64,000 nt of DNA from Candidatus Marinacidobacterales bacterium (GTDB taxonomy: Bacteria; Acidobacteriota; Vicinamibacteria; Marinacidobacterales; DATDRI01), in contig OZ244742.1 of the NCBI GenBank assembly GCA_965219415.1, positions 352,001-416,000 of the forward strand, written 5' to 3'. The position numbers and the translations under genes were made by a program. A model generated the notes under the pieces. That model had not been told where the DNA came from, did not search any database, and saw only the letters and a list, made by a program, of their open reading frames with translations. The first letter of the stretch is position 1, and every line of letters starts with the position of its first letter. Shown here one piece after another: positions 48,430 through 58,196 of this stretch.

Positions 48430-48972
48430 CTAGAAGGCCTCGAGGATTCGGCTCACCAGCGTCTTCGCAAATTCCTCCGCCACGCGCTCGATCGCCAGCC
48501 CCGATTGGTCGAAAAAGTCATCGGATTCCTCACCGATCTCCCAGGACTCCCGCATGCGAAAATTTTCGTCCTCCCAAATCATGGAGTCGTCCAGAAGATC
48601 TTTGAACTCTACCTTGGCCTGGATGACGAGCGAATAGCGCGTCGCCTCGTTGGCGGTCACCTCGTTCGCACCTCCACGGAGGGTCTCTGGAGCAACGGTG
48701 AATGATAGGACCGTACCAGCCAGTACCGCATCGGCCCCGACCTCCTCTGGCTGGATGACGTACTTCCCTCGCGACGCGAACTCCTCGATGACTTTTTGGG
48801 TAAACATCTCCGCGACGCCGGGTTGAGTCGATATGTTGACGAACGTCGGGATACCTATCGTCTTGATGTGTTCGGGCAGAAAGGAGCCGCGCCCCGCCAA
48901 GCTATAGCCGCAGGCGGCGGAGAGGAACAGCAATCCCACCGTCGCCAACCTCATCCACCGGCTTCGTATCAC
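48430..48972 (-). CDS. lptE: LPS assembly lipoprotein LptE
   Basis: Lipobox SAACGY, LPEHIKTIGIPTF.N; synteny between leuS and holA. Confidence 0.85.
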   Translation of the reverse strand: MIRSRWMRLATVGLLFLSAACGYSLAGRGSFLPEHIKTIGIPTFVNISTQPGVAEMFTQKVIEEFASRGKYVIQPEEVGADAVLAGTVLSFTVAPETLRGGANEVTANEATRYSLVIQAKVEFKDLLDDSMIWEDENFRMRESWEIGEESDDFFDQSGLAIERVAEEFAKTLVSRILEAF

Positions 48973-51455
48973 TCTCCCACCACCACGTTGACCAGCCGTT
49001 TCGGGACAACGACCACGCGCTCCACCGTCCGTCCCGAGGTAAGAGAGCGCACCTTCTCGTCGTCGAGCGCCAGCCGCCTCAGCTCTTCCTCCGCGAGATC
49101 GGCGGGAATGGCGATGCGACTCCGCACCTTACCGTTCACTTGCAGAACCAGGGTAATGGTTTCTTGAACCACGATCGATGAGTCGTAGGAGGGCCACTCC
49201 ACTTTCCGCAGTCCGCCCCGGTGCCCCAGCATCTCCCACATTTCTTCGGAAGCGTGCGGGGTGAAGGGGCTTAACAAAAGCACCATCGTTTCAGCGGCCT
49301 CACGAAGAGCCTTCCCAACCTCGGAGCGTTCTCCTTCCGCCGGGCGAGATCCAAGGTATTTGTAGACCTCGTTGGTGAGCTCCATGATCGCCGAAATCGC
49401 GGTGTTCAAGTGGAAGCGCTCCTCGATGTCTCGAGTCACTCGCAGGATGGTTTGATGTGTCTTCCTTCTTAGCGCGGTCTCAGCCTCGTTCCAAGCTTCT
49501 TCGCCGTTGATCACCTCGGCGGACTTGATGTACTCCTGTTCACCAGCGACGAGTCGCCAAACCCTCTGAAGGAATCGTGCTGGCCCCTCCAACCTTTGGT
49601 CGGTCCAGTCCATCTCCTTTTCGGGCGGAGCTTCGAAGAGCACATAGAGCCTCGCCGTGTCGGCGCCAACGCGGCTGACGACTTCGTCCGGCTCGACGAC
49701 GTTCCCTTTCGACTTGGACATGACCGACCCATCCTTGAGCACCATCCCCTGCGACAGAAGCTCGGTCACCGGCTCGGCGCCGTCTACCAACTCGAGATCG
49801 CGCATCACTTTGGTCCAGAAGCGAGAATAGATGAGATGTAGAATCGCGTGCTCGATACCACCGGCGTAGAGATCGATGGGAAACCAATAGCCCGCTTTGT
49901 CGCTGCCGAACGGAGCGGTATCGTTGCGTGGATCGGTGTAGCGGTAAAAGTACCACGAAGAGTCCACGAACGTGTCCATGGTGTCGGTCTCACGTTTCGC
50001 GGGACCTCTGCACTCCGGACAATTGACATTGACGAACTCGGGAATCGACTCGAGTGGCGACTTACCTTGGCCCGTGATGTCGATGGCCTTAGGAAGTACC
50101 ACCGGCAGATCGGCTTCCGGAACCGATACCACGCCGCATGCACCGCAGTGGATCATTGGAATGGGGGTTCCCCAGTACCGTTGGCGAGAAATGCCCCAAT
50201 CTCTAAGCCGGTAGGTTACGGTCTTCTTGCCGAAACCCTGCTCTTCGGCGTAAGCGGCCATCGCCGGCATGGCTTCCTCCGACGGAAGACCGCTGAAACT
50301 TCCTGAGTCCACCAGCGTTCCGTAGTTGGAGTGGGCGTCATCGAGAGAGTCCGAGCTCAGCGTGCTTCCCGACGGCTGAATTACGACCGGAATAGGGAGA
50401 TCGTACTTGCGCGCGAATTCGAGATCTCTCTCGTCGTGAGCGGGTACCGCCATAACGGCGCCGGTCCCGTAGCCCATGAGAACGTAATCGGCGATCCAGA
50501 TGGGGACCCGCTCCTGGGTAAACGGGTTGACGGCGAAGCGGCCGGTGGCCATGCCCTTTTTTTCTAGGTCGGCCGGGTCCTTGGTTTCCTTTGCACGCGC
50601 TACCGCCTGTTCGATGAAGGAACGGAGCTCCGGCGATCGCTCTGCGTAGGCCTTGGCACGTGGATGCTCGGGTGCAAGAAGTAGAAAGCTTGCGCCGTAA
50701 ATCGTGTCAATACGTGTGGTGAAGACCCGAATGGGCTCTTCCGCTTCTACCGCGAAGCCGACCTCCGCACCTTCCGAGCGTCCGATCCAATTGCGTTGCA
50801 TCGTGAGGACGCGCTCTGGCCATTTGTCGAGGCGCGCCATATCGGATAGCAACTCCTCCGCGTAGCTCGTGATCTTGAGAAACCACTGCTCGAGATCCCG
50901 CTGAATGACTTCGGTGCCACACCTCCAACAGCCGCCCCCTTCGACTTGCTCGTTGGCCAGCACCGTTTGGCAGCTGGGACACCAGTTCACCGTGGCCTTT
51001 TTCCGGTACGCCAACCCCTTCTTCCACATCTGGATAAAGAACCATTGGTTCCAACGATAGTAATCGGGAGCGCAGCTTGCGATTTCCCTCTCCCACGCGT
51101 AGGAGAAACCCATTCGCTTGAGCTGCCTTTTCATATGATCGATGTTGGACAGTGTCCACTCCTCCGGGTGGGTACCGTGCTTCAAGGCGGCGTTCTCTGC
51201 CGGAAGCCCTAGCGCATCCCAGCCGATCGGGTGGAGGACGTTGAACCCTCTCATTCTCTTGAATCGTGCGACGACGTCGACGATCGAGTAGTTGCGCACG
51301 TGCCCCATGTGAATTCTTCCCGAGGGATAGGGCAACATGGGCAAGCAATAGAACTTGGGGCGGCTAGGATCCTCGGTGACCTCGAAGACGCGAGTTTCGG
51401 CCCAACGCTTCTGCCACTTCGATTCGATTGCCTGAAACTCGTACGTTCGACTCAT
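48969..51455 (-). CDS. leuS: Leucine--tRNA ligase
   Basis: MLPYPSGRIHMGH, DWGISRQRYWG, GGIEHAILH, MSKSKGN, QVNGKVR; start at MSRTYEF. Confidence 0.97.
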   Translation of the reverse strand: MSRTYEFQAIESKWQKRWAETRVFEVTEDPSRPKFYCLPMLPYPSGRIHMGHVRNYSIVDVVARFKRMRGFNVLHPIGWDALGLPAENAALKHGTHPEEWTLSNIDHMKRQLKRMGFSYAWEREIASCAPDYYRWNQWFFIQMWKKGLAYRKKATVNWCPSCQTVLANEQVEGGGCWRCGTEVIQRDLEQWFLKITSYAEELLSDMARLDKWPERVLTMQRNWIGRSEGAEVGFAVEAEEPIRVFTTRIDTIYGASFLLLAPEHPRAKAYAERSPELRSFIEQAVARAKETKDPADLEKKGMATGRFAVNPFTQERVPIWIADYVLMGYGTGAVMAVPAHDERDLEFARKYDLPIPVVIQPSGSTLSSDSLDDAHSNYGTLVDSGSFSGLPSEEAMPAMAAYAEEQGFGKKTVTYRLRDWGISRQRYWGTPIPMIHCGACGVVSVPEADLPVVLPKAIDITGQGKSPLESIPEFVNVNCPECRGPAKRETDTMDTFVDSSWYFYRYTDPRNDTAPFGSDKAGYWFPIDLYAGGIEHAILHLIYSRFWTKVMRDLELVDGAEPVTELLSQGMVLKDGSVMSKSKGNVVEPDEVVSRVGADTARLYVLFEAPPEKEMDWTDQRLEGPARFLQRVWRLVAGEQEYIKSAEVINGEEAWNEAETALRRKTHQTILRVTRDIEERFHLNTAISAIMELTNEVYKYLGSRPAEGERSEVGKALREAAETMVLLLSPFTPHASEEMWEMLGHRGGLRKVEWPSYDSSIVVQETITLVLQVNGKVRSRIAIPADLAEEELRRLALDDEKVRSLTSGRTVERVVVVPKRLVNVVVGE

Positions 51456-51666
51456 TGGAACCTCGGAAAAACTCTTCATAGTAGCACAAGCAGATTCCGG
51501 TGCCTGGCTCGTTGGCGAGCAGCAAGGGATGTTTCGCGCCCGGTACGACCCAGGGCGCCTGGCCGGTCGGTGAGGGGCGGCACGACCTCGAAGTTCGCCC
51601 ACAAAACCGGTCAATCGTCCCTTGATGATGACAGGGGTCAGTCGGAGGCTGGAGCGGGAAGTCCTT

Positions 51667-51714
51667 TTATACATTGATGTTAAATGCCTCACACCTCATG
51701 GCACTCCCTTTGCT
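51667..51714 (+). promoter_or_regulatory. Sigma54 (-24/-12) promoter TGGCAC-N5-TTGCT with upstream IHF-like site
   Basis: TGGCACTCCCTTTGCT at 51699-51714; minus-strand CATCAATGTATAA (51667-51679) resembles WATCAA-N4-TTR. Confidence 0.7.
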
Positions 51715-51814
51715 TAGAGCAAGCTAGAGGTGAGGTGAGCCCCTCAACTCGCTCGGGCAACATCGCGGGGCTCGCCGAGCCACTGGAAGCCAAGCAAGTC
51801 CTAAATGCAAGGAG

Positions 51815-52447
51815 GTGTTCATGGCTTCTCAATCGACCGGCAAAATGAGCTCGACCACAACGAGGAGTTGGCGCAGGTTAGATAGCCTTCCCCTGGTCGT
51901 GGCGCTTCAAGGGCTCGGGCTGTTCGTGCTCGCGTTTCTCATCGGGGCTCCTCCCCCTACCGATCAGGTATCGGGAAGCACCGCGGGACTCGCCGGGTAC
52001 GCTAGCAGCGAGTCGGTCCGCACGGCCTCTGACACTCGGGTACCGGCCGATCTCCTGCCGGAGCAGATTCGCTTGCCGAAGTTCCCCAACCAGGATGAAC
52101 GCGCACCAAGGCAGCAACCCGCTCCGATTTCCGAAGACCAGCAGGAAGCGTCGAATCCCGGCCTGAACCTATCCGCCCTGAGAGTAGTCAGCGTGGCGTT
52201 CGACGCACCCGCGGCGGTACAGGTGGCCCTGGCTCTTCCCGACGCTCCTGAGGAGCTCATACCGGGAGCGCCATTTCGCAGGCGCGATTTGGCGATGGTG
52301 AGGGAAGACCTGGGAAGCGAGGTCGCAAGGGAGGATGGGGAGGGATCGGTGTGTCCGGAATCGGCCGCGGCAGCGGTGGTGCTTGCGGGCGAGGCGGTTC
52401 GACAGAGACTCCCATCATCGTCGAGCAATCATTCGGCTATCCGATAA
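51815..52447 (+). CDS. Hypothetical membrane-anchored protein
   Basis: AGGAGG SD before ATG 51821, one TM helix, Pro/Ala-rich remainder, own promoter and terminator. Confidence 0.6.
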   Translation: MFMASQSTGKMSSTTTRSWRRLDSLPLVVALQGLGLFVLAFLIGAPPPTDQVSGSTAGLAGYASSESVRTASDTRVPADLLPEQIRLPKFPNQDERAPRQQPAPISEDQQEASNPGLNLSALRVVSVAFDAPAAVQVALALPDAPEELIPGAPFRRRDLAMVREDLGSEVAREDGEGSVCPESAAAAVVLAGEAVRQRLPSSSSNHSAIR

Positions 52448-52484
52448 ACCAATAGCCGCTCCCTGGGCGGACTACTGCCGGAAC

Positions 52485-52531
52485 AAAAGAGTGGCGGCCT
52501 CAGATTCACATTTGGGGCCGCCACTCTTTTT
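52485..52531. terminator. Bidirectional intrinsic terminator
   Basis: AAAAGAGTGGCGGCCTCAGA-loop-TTTGGGGCCGCCACTCTTTTT between convergent genes. Confidence 0.85.
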
Positions 52532-53678
52532 ATTCACTCTCCTCCATAGCCGCTATCGCCGCTTGGATCTCCTCCGCTTGGGCGGCTTCCGAGCTCTGGG
52601 CCAATGCTAGCCGGAGTTGCTCGACCGCTTCTTCCGACCGTCCTTCCTGCTCCAGAAGCGCGGCCAGGTTCAAGTATGCCGGCACGAAGCCCGGCCGAAA
52701 CTGGATCTCCCTGCGATAGGATTCCTCCGCCAGGCCCGCGTCTCCGAGGACCTCGAACACTAGGGCGAGCGTGAACTGGACTTTAGGATGCTCGGGAGAA
52801 CGAGTGGCGAGGGACTCGAGCACGTCCCGCGCGTCTTTTTTCCTGTCCTGTGCCATGAAGGCTTGAGCTAGATTGAACGCCGCGCGGTCGTGGGGCGTCT
52901 CCCTCAGCGTCAACGGCTCCAAGACCATGATCGCGGCGTCGTACTCCTTCTTGGCGAGCATCAGGGTCCCGAGACCGAACTGCGCCTCTGCGTTTTGTGC
53001 CTCGAGCGCCGATGCCTGTCGAAAGGCAGCCTCCGCTTCTTCGAGGAAGCCTTGCTCGTATGCAGCCGCTCCCAACGCAAGCTGGAGCTGGACACTCTCT
53101 GGAGCACCATGGGCGGCATGCCTAAGACGCTCAAACGCATCCGCTCGTTTGCCTTGCGCTTGAAGGAACTTGGCGACCGCTAAATTGGCGTCTGGATGGT
53201 CAGGCTCATGATTCAGCACCGTCTGAAAACGCTCGAGCGCCAGTTCCGCGTTGCCCTCCTTCTGCTCGACGAGGCCGAGCGCGTAGAGGGCTCCCATGTT
53301 GTCGGGCTCTCGTTCGAGAGCAAGTTCCAGGCGTGAGCGCGCCCCGGAGAACTTGCCAAGCTGAATGAACGCCGTCGCCAGATGCACCAGCACCTGAGGC
53401 TCCTTGACCCGGGTGCTCCGGCTCAGACCTATCATGCCTCGCACCGCCTCCAGCTCGTAGGCAGCCTTTTTTGATTGACCTAGCTTCAAGTAAGTCAGTC
53501 CGAGCTGAACCGGTAACCAGGAACGTTGGGTCGAAGTGCCGACGCTCTCTTGAGAAGGTCGAGCGCCTCTTCGTACTGCCCCGCCGTTATAGAAGGTCAG
53601 TCCCCGTTTGTACAGGTCCCTTGGGTCGTCCTGGACACCGGCAAGCCCCAACGCCAAGACGAAGCAAAGTGTGCGCAC
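52530..53678 (-). CDS. Exported TPR protein (probable compensating indels near the 5' end)
   Basis: Signal peptide and multiple TPR units; a short non-TPR-like stretch after YNGG. Confidence 0.8.
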   Translation of the reverse strand: MRTLCFVLALGLAGVQDDPRDLYKRGLTFYNGGAVRRGARPSQESVGTSTQRSWLPVQLGLTYLKLGQSKKAAYELEAVRGMIGLSRSTRVKEPQVLVHLATAFIQLGKFSGARSRLELALEREPDNMGALYALGLVEQKEGNAELALERFQTVLNHEPDHPDANLAVAKFLQAQGKRADAFERLRHAAHGAPESVQLQLALGAAAYEQGFLEEAEAAFRQASALEAQNAEAQFGLGTLMLAKKEYDAAIMVLEPLTLRETPHDRAAFNLAQAFMAQDRKKDARDVLESLATRSPEHPKVQFTLALVFEVLGDAGLAEESYRREIQFRPGFVPAYLNLAALLEQEGRSEEAVEQLRLALAQSSEAAQAEEIQAAIAAMEESE

Positions 53679-53746
53679 ATCCCAATATAGCCCATAGAAA
53701 AGATAGTCGGCTGCATCGGAAGTCCGGGGTCAAAATAGGTGGAGAT

Positions 53747-53831
53747 CAGACGGGCATCAAAATGGCTGGGTGCTATCGTCAACGTGGCCAGATGCCGGCC
53801 AGACGCCCCTGTAATCCGGTTATCCTGTCTG
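53747..53831. repeat. Short intergenic element, family A copy 3 (CAGACGGG...CCTGTCTG termini)
   Basis: Reverse complement aligns to 17808-17870; internal GGCCAGA duplication; contains mutY stop codon. Confidence 0.8.
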
Positions 53832-54914
53832 GTTTTTCTTTTCTTTCTCTATTCCACGGAGTACTTTGAGAGTCATGGAGGACACGGGGTATTCGTCCAG
53901 CTTCTCTGGTGGAATCCATACTCCGGACTTCCTATTTCGCCGCCCGCGACCCGAATCATCACTCAGCCTGGCCTCGAAGGCGTGGAGTGTGATCCGCCGG
54001 TTCATGATGCTGTGCTTGACGCGCGCGAGCTCCGCGCCGGGTTCCAATCGAAGCCCATACTTCTCGCGCGCCTCACGAGCCAATGCCCCACGTGGTTCCT
54101 CGTCGTTCTGACACGAACCTCCCGGCAATTCCCACAACCCGCGCATGAGCTCCTCGTCCTCCCTCTGATACATCAACACCTTTCCTCGCCTCCGAATAAC
54201 AGCAGCAGTGAGCACTACGGGAACGGAAACCTTCCTCGTAGCCAGCTCGGGCAGGTCTTCCTGGACGCCTCGCTGAAGCGCCTTGCAGTCTTGCTGGAGA
54301 GGGCACACCAAACAGCGGGGACGACGCGGTGTGCACACCAACGCTCCCAGCTCCATGAGAGCTTGGTTGAAATCCGACACCGCTCGCGCCGGCAACAGCT
54401 CTTCCGCCTTGCGCCACAGGATCTTCCGGACCGGACTGGAGCTCGGGTCGCCCCGAACCAAGAACACCCGAGACAACACGCGCGCGACATTACCATCTAG
54501 GATCGGGTGGCGCTGGCCGTACGCGATCGAGAGAATCGCCCCCGCCGTGTATCTGCCCACTCCGGGAAGCGCCAGCCAACCATCAAGAGTCTCGGGAAAA
54601 CGACCATCGTTCTCTCCCATTACCCATTTGGCCGCTCGGTGCAGCGCCTTGGCACGTCGGTAGTAACCTAGTCCCGACCAAGCGGCTAGTACCTCTTGCT
54701 CCGACGCTCTCGCTAACGTCGCGACGTCGGGAAAGCGGCTGACGAACCGCTCGAAATATGGGACGACCGTTTTGACTTGCGTCTGTTGCAGCATCAGTTC
54801 CGAGACCCATACTCGGTAGGGCTCCGGCCGCTCCCGCCACGGGAGCTGGCGCTGATGGCGTCGATACCACGTCAGCAGGCGCGCCCCTAGTGTTCCTTTT
54901 CGATGAGATGCCAC
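53820..54914 (-). CDS. mutY: A/G-specific adenine glycosylase MutY
   Basis: WVSELMLQQT, WSGLGYY, LPGVGRYTAGA, DGNVARV, NQALMELGA, C-X6-C-X2-C-X5-C, NUDIX-like C-terminus. Confidence 0.96.
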   Translation of the reverse strand: MASHRKGTLGARLLTWYRRHQRQLPWRERPEPYRVWVSELMLQQTQVKTVVPYFERFVSRFPDVATLARASEQEVLAAWSGLGYYRRAKALHRAAKWVMGENDGRFPETLDGWLALPGVGRYTAGAILSIAYGQRHPILDGNVARVLSRVFLVRGDPSSSPVRKILWRKAEELLPARAVSDFNQALMELGALVCTPRRPRCLVCPLQQDCKALQRGVQEDLPELATRKVSVPVVLTAAVIRRRGKVLMYQREDEELMRGLWELPGGSCQNDEEPRGALAREAREKYGLRLEPGAELARVKHSIMNRRITLHAFEARLSDDSGRGRRNRKSGVWIPPEKLDEYPVSSMTLKVLRGIEKEKKNQTG

Positions 54915-55003
54915 AATGGACTCGATGATACCCCAGGCGCGCCCACCGTTTGATCTCCGGCTCGAATGCGATAGGATGCACCCCGAGTCGGATCAGAAAC
55001 ATC

Positions 55004-55783
55004 ATGCCGCTTGCCACCTCCCTACTCCTGCTCACTCTTAGTGCGTCCCAATTCGAGCCCCCCGTCACCATTAGATGTCAGCTGGATACAAAGCTACCGC
55101 TCGACGAAATTCGCGTATCCATCACAGAGATGCGAGAACGAAAAAGCGTCCCCGGGAGCGATGGTGGCGTCACGCTCCCCGGCTTGCCGGCTGGCGACAT
55201 CCACCTGTCGTTCTTCCAAAGGGATATCTTAATAGGTCAGATCGAGCTCCGCTCCGCGAACGAGGGAGAGTTCATTCGCTTGAAGGTTCGACTGGTTACC
55301 GGTAACGCGATCTTGTTGGACGAGTTTCGAGTGAAGGGCGTGAGTGGTGTTTCTCCACCACCGACGAAATCGCTACCCGCGGCAACCCCTCTCAACGATC
55401 TCCCGTCCGGAGCAGACTCCGAACCGACGACTGTCGAAAAGAGCACAACGCGGCCCGCACCACAGCCGACCCGACCACCGACAGAATTCGCTCGACCCCC
55501 CAAAAGGACTTCGTCCACATGCCCGGCCCCCGGAGATACGATCACTCGAACCGGTAAGCTCTCGCGAATCATCGACAACGACTCATTCGAGCTGTTTGGG
55601 AGCGATCGTCGAAACTATGTCGTCTACGTAGGCAGTGCGACCCGTGTGAAACGCGGTTCGCGCCTCGTTACGAGCAGCGCCCTCCGTGAAGGCCTGGGTA
55701 TTCTTGTCAAGGGAACCGTCGCTGCCGGCCCCGAGGACGAGTGCAGCATCGGGGCTCGCGAAGTCATCGTGCAGCGCCAATGA
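55004..55783 (+). CDS. Exported hypothetical protein, Pro-rich linker and C-terminal OB/DUF5666-like domain
   Basis: Hydrophobic N-terminus; V.V...TRV...L..G..I.VKG......AREV pattern. Confidence 0.55.
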   Translation: MPLATSLLLLTLSASQFEPPVTIRCQLDTKLPLDEIRVSITEMRERKSVPGSDGGVTLPGLPAGDIHLSFFQRDILIGQIELRSANEGEFIRLKVRLVTGNAILLDEFRVKGVSGVSPPPTKSLPAATPLNDLPSGADSEPTTVEKSTTRPAPQPTRPPTEFARPPKRTSSTCPAPGDTITRTGKLSRIIDNDSFELFGSDRRNYVVYVGSATRVKRGSRLVTSSALREGLGILVKGTVAAGPEDECSIGAREVIVQRQ

Positions 55784-55892
55784 ACTGAGCAGCGAGAGCC
55801 AATCAGCTCGAGCACTTGCGCCGGAGGTCGGTTGCAAAGTGAGGCTCGGCAGGGCTATGCTGGCGTTCTGACTGATACAGTCGTCGAAAGAT

Positions 55893-56828
55893 ATGGGACG
55901 AATCACGCTTCATGAACGCTACGTCGACCTCGGCGTGAAATTCATCGAAGAGGGCGACCCCCAACGCGCTCTGCGCTACATAAATCGCGCCCTCACTCTG
56001 AACGAACAATCCTATTTCGCATACTACAACCGCGGGATCGTCTACGACTTGATGGATCGGCTGGAGGATGCCCTCGCCGACTATGAACGGGCCCTTGCCA
56101 TCCAACCCAACCACCTCGCATCTATCCACAATCGCGCCGTCGTTCTGCGGGAGCTCGGGCGCGCTGAAGAAGCAATCGAGAGCTTCGACGAAATCCTGAA
56201 GTACGATCCCGACAACGACGATTTCATCTACAACCGAGGGGCGGCGCTCGCCGACCTCGGGCGTTACGAAGAAGCGATCAGCTGCTACGATCGTGCTGTT
56301 CAGCTCGCGCCCAAGAAATTCGATGCCCGCATTACCAAAGCCAGCGCTCTCATCGAATGCGGCAGGTTCGAGGAGGCGATTGAGGCGGCCGACAGCATCC
56401 TAGAGATCGACGCCGCGTCGGTAGAGGCCCACTCCGTCAAGGGACTAGCACACCTGGACAACGGTCGCCCCCAAGAGGCCATCGAGTGCTTTACCCGCGC
56501 CCTCGAGCGCCAGCCCGACGACCACTCGGCACTCCTTCACCGCGGAATCGCACTGCTGCGCCTCCGTCGCAACGAACAAGCGGTACTCGATTTACGCGCT
56601 GCGCTCAAAAATCATCCCGACTGTGATGAAGCGTTTTACAACTTAGCCATCGCGTACGTGAAACTCGGTGACCGTGAGGCGGCGCTGGATGCGTTGCAGA
56701 CTGCGATCGACATCCACCCCCCTCGTCGCGCCGAGATACGAAAGGCCAAGGAGTTCGAGGCACTCCGCTCCGAGCCGCGCTTCAAGGCGGTCCTCACTGG
56801 CAAGGGAGAGCTCGGTAAAAGACGTTAG
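55893..56828 (+). CDS. Cytoplasmic TPR protein
   Basis: About 8 tandem TPRs (YYNRG...AL.DYERAL..P); C-terminal EFEALRSEPRF cap. Confidence 0.88.
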   Translation: MGRITLHERYVDLGVKFIEEGDPQRALRYINRALTLNEQSYFAYYNRGIVYDLMDRLEDALADYERALAIQPNHLASIHNRAVVLRELGRAEEAIESFDEILKYDPDNDDFIYNRGAALADLGRYEEAISCYDRAVQLAPKKFDARITKASALIECGRFEEAIEAADSILEIDAASVEAHSVKGLAHLDNGRPQEAIECFTRALERQPDDHSALLHRGIALLRLRRNEQAVLDLRAALKNHPDCDEAFYNLAIAYVKLGDREAALDALQTAIDIHPPRRAEIRKAKEFEALRSEPRFKAVLTGKGELGKRR

Positions 56829-57055
56829 TGCCTAGCTCGACGCCCATGCGACCCATACAACCCACACAAGAGCCACGCCAAGCACCCGAGCCTCTCGATG
56901 GCCAGAACAAGCAGGAACCCGCCACGAAGTTGCATATCGAGCCCGAGACTCTCATCCTGACTTGCCCGAACTGCGGAGCAAGCCTACGAGAGGACCGCTG
57001 TAAGCTTCTTTGTACGCGCTGCCATTACTACATGAGCTGCTCGGATTACTACTGA
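56828..57055 (+). CDS. Small zinc-ribbon protein
   Basis: CPNC...CKLLCTRCHYYMSCSDYY. Confidence 0.7.
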   Translation: MPSSTPMRPIQPTQEPRQAPEPLDGQNKQEPATKLHIEPETLILTCPNCGASLREDRCKLLCTRCHYYMSCSDYY

Positions 57056-58179
57056 ATCGAGCTTAGAGCGCCACGAATACGTTCTACCCCTTGGCGAATC
57101 GCCTCTTCCTCGACTGAAAACGACAGACGCAAGAAGCGGCTGGCCCCTTCGCCGAAGGCGGCGCCCGGAATCGTGATCACTCGCGCCTGCTCCACCAATT
57201 GCATCGCGGCCCTCAAACTGTCACCTTTCGGCGCGGCTTCGATCAACATATAGAAAGTCGCCTCCGGAATCAGGGGGGAAAGGCCCAACCGTTCTCGAAC
57301 CAGCATCGCGAGAAGATCCCTGCGTTGCCCGAGCTCACGACGAAACGACTCCGCCTCGCGTTGCGCATCGGTTCCGAACGCCGCCAGAGCGGCCTTCTGA
57401 GAATGAGCCGGCGCACACGTCACGGCGTACTGATGAATGACGCGAATCGGCTCCATCCGCTCGGGCGTACCGATCGCCCAACCGAGGCGCCAGCCAGTCA
57501 TGCTCGCGAACTTGGAAAAGCTAGACACCACGACTCCGTCGGTACTGGCATCCAGATAGGACGGAGGTCGCTCACCGTAGTAAATCTCCCGATACACCTC
57601 GTCGGAGATCACCAGGAGCTCGTGCTTCGCCGCAAGCCTTGCAACGGCCCGAAGCTCCTCGAGTGGAATAATCACGCCGGTGGGATTCGCCGGGCTATTC
57701 AATACCAGCGCCCGCGTGCGCGGCGAAATCAGAGACTCTAGAGTGGCGGCGCTAAATTGAAAGCCTACCTTGGCGGATAGCGGATAAGGGATGGGCAACG
57801 CACCGGCGAGCCGAGTGATCGCCGGGTATGCAAGGAAACCGGGGTCGGGAACCAAGACTTCCTGCCCAGGGCCAAGCCAGGCCAACATGGTTGCGAAAAG
57901 CGCCTCTTGGGCGCCCACAGTAACGAGCACGGAGTCAGGACTGAGTCGATGGCCGGAGTACTCCGCTATGGCCTGGCGCAACGCAGCCAGGCCGGAAGTC
58001 GCGGTGTAGCCGAGCCGGCCCCCGTCGAGTGTTTCGTGGGCTGCGCGAACAATCGCACGCGGAGTATCGAAGTTGGGCTCTCCGAATCCCAAGTTGACAG
58101 CGTCCGTTGGGGCGGCCTCCAGGACGCGACGGATAAGAGAAATCCCGACCCCGTCGAGGCGTGAAGCGCGCTTCTTCAA
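57049..58179 (-). CDS. PLP-dependent aminotransferase class I/II (candidate N-acyl-DAP aminotransferase)
   Basis: GEPNF, NSPANPTG, SDEVY, SFSKFASMTGWRLG; last gene of the dap operon. Confidence 0.88.
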   Translation of the reverse strand: MKKRASRLDGVGISLIRRVLEAAPTDAVNLGFGEPNFDTPRAIVRAAHETLDGGRLGYTATSGLAALRQAIAEYSGHRLSPDSVLVTVGAQEALFATMLAWLGPGQEVLVPDPGFLAYPAITRLAGALPIPYPLSAKVGFQFSAATLESLISPRTRALVLNSPANPTGVIIPLEELRAVARLAAKHELLVISDEVYREIYYGERPPSYLDASTDGVVVSSFSKFASMTGWRLGWAIGTPERMEPIRVIHQYAVTCAPAHSQKAALAAFGTDAQREAESFRRELGQRRDLLAMLVRERLGLSPLIPEATFYMLIEAAPKGDSLRAAMQLVEQARVITIPGAAFGEGASRFLRLSFSVEEEAIRQGVERIRGALSSIQ

Positions 58180-58196
58180 GAGTTGGGCCGATTAAT

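Noticed and set aside
51658-51685. Possible dif site: TGATGTTAAAT matches the E. coli XerD arm TTATGTTAAAT at 10/11
   Set aside because: The XerC-arm position (GAAGTCCTTTT) does not fit; location just upstream of a sigma54 promoter fits an IHF site better
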